DNA of 64,000 nucleotides from a virus (Duplodnaviria; Caudoviricetes): IMG/VR virus record IMGVR_UViG_3300032093_000005; one strand, 5' to 3'. Shown piece by piece: positions 59,884 to 64,000 of this stretch (position 1 is its first letter; each line of letters starts with the position of its first letter). The notes under the pieces were generated by a model. It saw only the letters and a program-made list of their open reading frames with translations, ran no database searches and was not told where the DNA came from. The position numbers and the translations under genes were made by a program.

Positions 59884-60165
59884 TAGGAGCGGCGAGACTT
59901 GAACTCGCATAGCCGAAGCCGACGGATTTTCTTACCACTACGACTTTCGCCGCCTCATAGAGTTTGTGGTCTGGACTATACCTTCACCATATCTTGTGAT
60001 TTAGGTGCTCCCCGTCTAGTCTCTACACCTTCATCTTTCGATGCTTGGCTCGGTATTGCCATTTTACAGGTTTCACCGAATTTGAGGAGTTACACTCATG
60101 AGGTTTCCCAAATGAGGCTCAATTTTACATAAGTCCGTTGTGTCTACCAATTCCACCACGCTCCC
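59884..60165 (-). tRNA. trnL: tRNA-Leu(UAA) interrupted by a group I intron
   Basis: Exon 1 60131-60165 (GGGAGCG...ACGGACUU), exon 2 59884-59930 (AAAAUCCGU...CGCUCCUA). Spliced form has anticodon stem ACGGA/UCCGU, loop CUUAAAA, long variable arm and T-arm GUUCAAGU; no encoded CCA. Confidence 0.92.
59931..60130 (-). ncRNA. Group I self-splicing intron (200 nt, no ORF)
   Basis: IGS UUGAG; P AAAUUCGGUGAA, Q AAUACCGAGCC, R GUAGAGACUAGA, S AAGGUAUAGUCC; terminal G. Confidence 0.9.
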
Positions 60166-60178
60166 GTGATGTGAGACC

Positions 60179-60207
60179 ATTATAACTCAAAGAGTTGTAG
60201 TGGTCAA
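60179..60207 (-). promoter_or_regulatory. Sigma70 promoter for tRNA-Leu
   Basis: TTGACC-N17-TATAAT ending 13 nt before the tRNA 5' end. Confidence 0.75.
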
Positions 60208-60208
60208 G

Positions 60209-60282
60209 TGCAGGTTGTGGGGATCGAACCCACCTTAGCCGAATTATGAGTTCGGTGCTTTCAACCAGAGAGCTAAACCTGC
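60209..60282 (-). tRNA. tRNA with CAU anticodon (Ile2 or Met)
   Basis: GCAGGUU/AACCUGC acceptor stem, CCGAA-CUCAUAA-UUCGG anticodon arm, GUUCGAUC T-loop. Confidence 0.88.
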
Positions 60283-60286
60283 ACGA

Positions 60287-60358
60287 TGGGAACAGCGGGA
60301 GTTGAACCCGCGCTAAGCACTTATAAGGTGCCCGCTCTAACCATTAAGCTATGCTCCC
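60287..60358 (-). tRNA. trnI: tRNA-Ile(UAU)
   Basis: GGGAGCA/UGUUCCC acceptor stem, GGCAC-CUUAUAA-GUGCU anticodon arm, GUUCAACU T-loop. Confidence 0.88.
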
Positions 60359-60375
60359 ATAAAAAACTCAGAGTA

Positions 60376-60549
60376 TCACTGAGCTTCGTTGTTTAATTCA
60401 GTGTGTATTCGTATCAGATCGTCGTCTGCGGGCATCATTACTGCTGCCTTTCCATTCTCATCCACAATACCTAAAGTTTCTCCATTTTCAACTCGTCCCA
60501 TCAGTTCATCAAACCTCTCTTGAAACTCTTCCACTGTGAAAATTTCCAT
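60376..60549 (-). CDS. Phd/YefM antitoxin-like protein (57 aa)
   Basis: Manually translated MEIFTVEEFQERFDELMGRVENGETLGIVDENGKAAVMMP... Confidence 0.6.
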   Translation of the reverse strand: MEIFTVEEFQERFDELMGRVENGETLGIVDENGKAAVMMPADDDLIRIHTELNNEAQ

Positions 60550-60571
60550 TTCCGATATTTATATTATAGCA

Positions 60572-60772
60572 TCACTCGCCATAAACTGCAAGGTCTGCGT
60601 ATTCAATTTGATCGGGTTCAAGATTAGCAGTGACAACTTCAAGGACGTTCATAAACTCTTGAACAGTATCACATTCTACCAGACGCTCGTTGCCTTGATC
60701 ACTCAGGAGCAAGAAGGTACGACTGCATACATCAATTACAATGCCCTGTACGGTCTCTTGTGCAGTGCTCAT
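60572..60772 (-). CDS. Hypothetical protein
   Basis: 66-aa ORF downstream of the consensus promoter. Confidence 0.65.
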   Translation of the reverse strand: MSTAQETVQGIVIDVCSRTFLLLSDQGNERLVECDTVQEFMNVLEVVTANLEPDQIEYADLAVYGE

Positions 60773-60797
60773 GGGGTGTTCCGTTGATTACCCCCAT

Positions 60798-60826
60798 ATT
60801 ATAGGGGGTCTTGGTGCTGGTGTCAA
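60798..60826 (-). promoter_or_regulatory. Consensus sigma70 promoter
   Basis: TTGACA-N17-TATAAT. Confidence 0.85.
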
Positions 60827-60833
60827 GAGGTCT

Positions 60834-61511
60834 TTAAGAGTAATTTTTAATTACACCAATGGACCCAACGATTCTTGTGTTTTCTTCTTGAAGATCTTTA
60901 ATTGTAAAATTCTGCCCATATCTCTCAAACTCATATTCTCTTCTTTCAGTTTTAATTTGATTTGAGCTAGTAATTAAACTTGTTAGTTCACTTCTTAAAG
61001 ATACAATTTGCGATTGCTTTGATGTTATAGATGATGCGTGTGAGACGCAAACTGAAGATGTACAAGGTATTCTGTAACAAGAAGACAAGTTACCATATAA
61101 ACTTCCGATTCCAGACTGTGTAGAATCATTTTGTGTGTAAACTAACCACGTACCTATACCTACATTTGATGTGACCAAAAATGTGCTAGTACTATCAAAA
61201 GGATCTTCACCGTTATAAGTTGGTGAGGACATATTTTCACTATAAACTCTTACAACATCAGGAAAAACAGTTGAAACGCCAACAGTTGTTCCACACCCAA
61301 CAGCATATGCATTTTGTGAAAGAGATACTATTTCCGTTTGAAGAACAACTATTGATGCTGCAATAGAAACTATCTTTTTATCAATGTTTGTACAAGGGGG
61401 TGAAAATGATTCGATGCTTTCTTGCGATTCTCCTTTACTCTCATTGAGGAAAGAGATTGCATCCGTATTTGCAGATAATTTTTCACTTAATATTTCACTT
61501 AGAAATTTCAT
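60834..61511 (-). CDS. Hypothetical virion-associated protein
   Basis: 225 aa, coiled-coil ends, VGTT/GIGT motifs as in neighbouring structural genes. Confidence 0.6.
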   Translation of the reverse strand: MKFLSEILSEKLSANTDAISFLNESKGESQESIESFSPPCTNIDKKIVSIAASIVVLQTEIVSLSQNAYAVGCGTTVGVSTVFPDVVRVYSENMSSPTYNGEDPFDSTSTFLVTSNVGIGTWLVYTQNDSTQSGIGSLYGNLSSCYRIPCTSSVCVSHASSITSKQSQIVSLRSELTSLITSSNQIKTERREYEFERYGQNFTIKDLQEENTRIVGSIGVIKNYS

Positions 61512-62169
61512 TTATTTTCTCCTTCAGTTCTTCAATTTGTTTTTGTTGTTCTTTAATTGCTTCAATTAAAAGACCGACAATGTTTCCATATTGGACACCT
61601 TTGTATCCATCAGGATTTTCTCCAACAACTTCTGGTATGATTTGTTCAACTTCTTGTGCAATAACTCCAATTTGTGGTTGTTTAGTTTCTTTAAAGTCAA
61701 AAGATACTCCACGAAGAGCAGAAACTTTATCTAGTGCATTTTCAATTGTATGAACATTTTCTTTGAGTCGTATGTCGGAAGTTGGGAGTTTCTTACCTAA
61801 TGCAAGTTCTGCTTCTAGATCCTTACCATTAATTCTAACCTTTCCAAAAAAATTAGTTCTACCAATAACGGTTAATCTTCCAGATATGTAACTTAGTCCA
61901 AATAGATAAACTCCAGAAAAATTCAGAATTTTTCCCCTAGTTCCTATAATATTTGGAGGTGCTTTTAAATTAAATGGATTTTTAAGCATCCATAAATTTC
62001 CACAAACAGCTTGCTCACCAAGAATTAAAGAATTACTTTGTCCTATTAACTGCCCAGTGACTTTTACATTTTGATTAAAAGTGCTATTATCGTGATAAAA
62101 TTTTTCTTTACCTTTTTCAGGAAGAGTTGGAAATCCAATTAAACTGAATAAAGTATTTACTACTGACAT
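61495..62169 (-). CDS. Tail protein with C-terminal S74 chaperone-peptidase
   Basis: SDIRLKENV...GVIAQEVE...VQYGNIVGLLIEAIKE. Confidence 0.8.
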   Translation of the reverse strand: MSVVNTLFSLIGFPTLPEKGKEKFYHDNSTFNQNVKVTGQLIGQSNSLILGEQAVCGNLWMLKNPFNLKAPPNIIGTRGKILNFSGVYLFGLSYISGRLTVIGRTNFFGKVRINGKDLEAELALGKKLPTSDIRLKENVHTIENALDKVSALRGVSFDFKETKQPQIGVIAQEVEQIIPEVVGENPDGYKGVQYGNIVGLLIEAIKEQQKQIEELKEKINEISK

Positions 62170-62735
62170 TAACCTACTCCTACAATTGCTTTAATTGCGC
62201 CAATTACATTTAATCCACCAACAAACACATCAGTAATATATTCATTTCCTACAGGTGAGAGTGAGAATGCTCTCTTTCCAAAAGAGTCAAGAATAGCATT
62301 ACCAGTCAGTGCTACTTGATCTATTTTGTTTGCTTTCATAATAATGCGACCAGATCCTGATATTGCATTAATATTTCTACCCGCTTTTAAATCTAAATCT
62401 TCTACTGCCTCAATCATAATAGTTTTTCCTTTGATCTTCACTGTACCATTACTCATTGCAGTGATACAAATATCTCCACCCATTCCAGTGAGACAAATAT
62501 CAACATTTCCCTCAGATCCTGTATTTCCAGCGACGATTTCAATTCCTTTATCATTTAAAATCTTATAAGACCCTGTTTCAGTAAAAGTCTGCAAATGAAC
62601 ATCATTATCATTTGTATAAGCATACATGTGATAAACAGATGTTCCATCCATTCCCATTAAGGGATCATTTGTAGTAATTCTAAATTTTGGTCCTACACTA
62701 ATATAATCTCTTGCTTCGTAATTTCTATGAGTCAT
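62169..62735 (-). CDS. Baseplate hub-associated (gp5 C-terminus-like) protein
   Basis: Beta-rich repeats; directly after the gp5-like gene. Confidence 0.5.
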   Translation of the reverse strand: MTHRNYEARDYISVGPKFRITTNDPLMGMDGTSVYHMYAYTNDNDVHLQTFTETGSYKILNDKGIEIVAGNTGSEGNVDICLTGMGGDICITAMSNGTVKIKGKTIMIEAVEDLDLKAGRNINAISGSGRIIMKANKIDQVALTGNAILDSFGKRAFSLSPVGNEYITDVFVGGLNVIGAIKAIVGVG

Positions 62736-62736
62736 T

Positions 62737-64000
62737 TTATGTTGGACAATCTATTGATGTTTGAATACCTACTTTATCTCTAATTGTTTGTTGAGATATT
62801 GTACCAAGAATTGGTTTCAAGATAGCACCAAATCCAGTGTCTGAGTTAACTGTAATTACAGGAATATCAGAAACCTCCAAAATATTTAGAGGTGTTGCCG
62901 AAAGTATTCTACCATTATCAACTGTTAAACTATAAGTATTTCCAAGATTATCGGTTGCAGTATCATTGTTAGAGTATTCTAATCCAGCAGTTTGTACTAT
63001 AACATCAGTAACACCATAAGCATCTTGATTTTGCACTAATGGATATCCTTCACCAGAAGATAGCATATAAATTGCAGTTACTTCTCCAGCATCATTGATT
63101 ACTGCTCTACCTTTTGCACCATATCCTAATCCACAACTATCACTAAATTCAACAAAGGGTGGAAACCGATATCCAGAACCAGGATTTGTAACTACAGATC
63201 CAATAATACTTGCAGTCTGTGTTACATTATTGATTGCATTTATGAGTGGATTTCTAGCACCAAGAATGGCAATTGCTGTTGCTCCAGATCCTCCTCCACC
63301 AAAAATGTTAATTGTAGGAGAACCACAAGTCGCTGGGAATGTTGGAATACACTCACCCAATCCGTTGACAGCATCCTGTAAGATATCGTTTGAGAATACA
63401 TCTGCAATTCCTGCAACACCTTCAACTGCAGAAGTTACATCTCCAACAACACTACCAATAGTGTTTGCAATATCAAAAATACTATTAAATGATTCTAGAG
63501 GATCTATACTACTCTTTGGACCAACTCCAACTACCCATTCTTTAGTTCCATCACACTTATTATTGCTTTGATTACAGTCAAAGAGACCACCAGATCCACT
63601 AAATAAATCTTTTGCACTTTTAATAAAATCAACAACACTAAAAACACCACCCAATAAAGCAGAAATACCATCTAAAGCAGAAGATAATCCATCAGCAATC
63701 GCATCGGTAATTGTATTAATAAGAGATCCGATGAATTGCTCTGCTATACAAGTTACAAATCTTTCAACATTTTCGAGAAGTGATTCAAGTAACTGAATAA
63801 TCAAATCTTTAAGACCCTCAACAATTGCATTTGCGACACAAGAAAGTGCTTCTTCTAGAACTTTAATCGGAATTACAAAAACTTCATTAGACTTATATCC
63901 TGCAGTATGTGCTGCTGCTGGACTACCAGTTGCAGCAAGAACTGACCCATAAACACTAATATACAGTGCTTGTAATGCTTTTGGAATAATTCCTGGATTT
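62737..64000 (-). CDS. C-terminal part of baseplate hub / tail lysozyme gp5-like protein (5'-truncated)
   Basis: Frame checked open from the track's TTG at 63804 to the window end; GGGGSGATA, VTNPGSGY..PP.V.F.D.CG.G.GA.G motifs. Confidence 0.65.
   Translation of the reverse strand, partial: NPGIIPKALQALYISVYGSVLAATGSPAAAHTAGYKSNEVFVIPIKVLEEALSCVANAIVEGLKDLIIQLLESLLENVERFVTCIAEQFIGSLINTITDAIADGLSSALDGISALLGGVFSVVDFIKSAKDLFSGSGGLFDCNQSNNKCDGTKEWVVGVGPKSSIDPLESFNSIFDIANTIGSVVGDVTSAVEGVAGIADVFSNDILQDAVNGLGECIPTFPATCGSPTINIFGGGGSGATAIAILGARNPLINAINNVTQTASIIGSVVTNPGSGYRFPPFVEFSDSCGLGYGAKGRAVINDAGEVTAIYMLSSGEGYPLVQNQDAYGVTDVIVQTAGLEYSNNDTATDNLGNTYSLTVDNGRILSATPLNILEVSDIPVITVNSDTGFGAILKPILGTISQQTIRDKVGIQTSIDCPT

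Noticed and set aside
1-64000. Stop-codon reassignment
   Set aside because: Long genes are intact under code 11, TAG/TGA/TAA all end genes, and no suppressor tRNA was seen.

Overview
A 64 kb segment of a large T4-like cyanophage-type myovirus genome. Evidence: baseplate gp6/gp25/gp5-like genes, CP12, SAM decarboxylase, a flavin-dependent halogenase and T4-type late promoters (ATAAATA). Almost all genes are on the minus strand. Layout: (i) 1-16 kb, AT-rich baseplate module with a >3,675-aa protein running off the left edge; (ii) about 16-49 kb, an accessory/early region of many small ORFs, GC-richer at about 16.1-23.3 kb, with about 19 promoters sharing a 22-bp dyad at a near-fixed distance from the -10 box; (iii) 49-59.5 kb, tail-fibre and halogenase module; (iv) 59.9-60.4 kb, tRNA cluster; (v) 60.8-64 kb, baseplate hub genes. 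Highlights: four genes with T4 internal-protein capsid-targeting N-termini (MKTYQEFIAE-like), including a HiPIP-type Fe-S protein and an ADP-ribosyltransferase-like protein; a group I intron inside a phage tRNA-Leu(UAA); and a counter-oriented promoter / 22-bp tandem repeat / hairpin / Zn-ribbon ORF locus. All assignments come from manual reading and motif recognition; no database searches were run.
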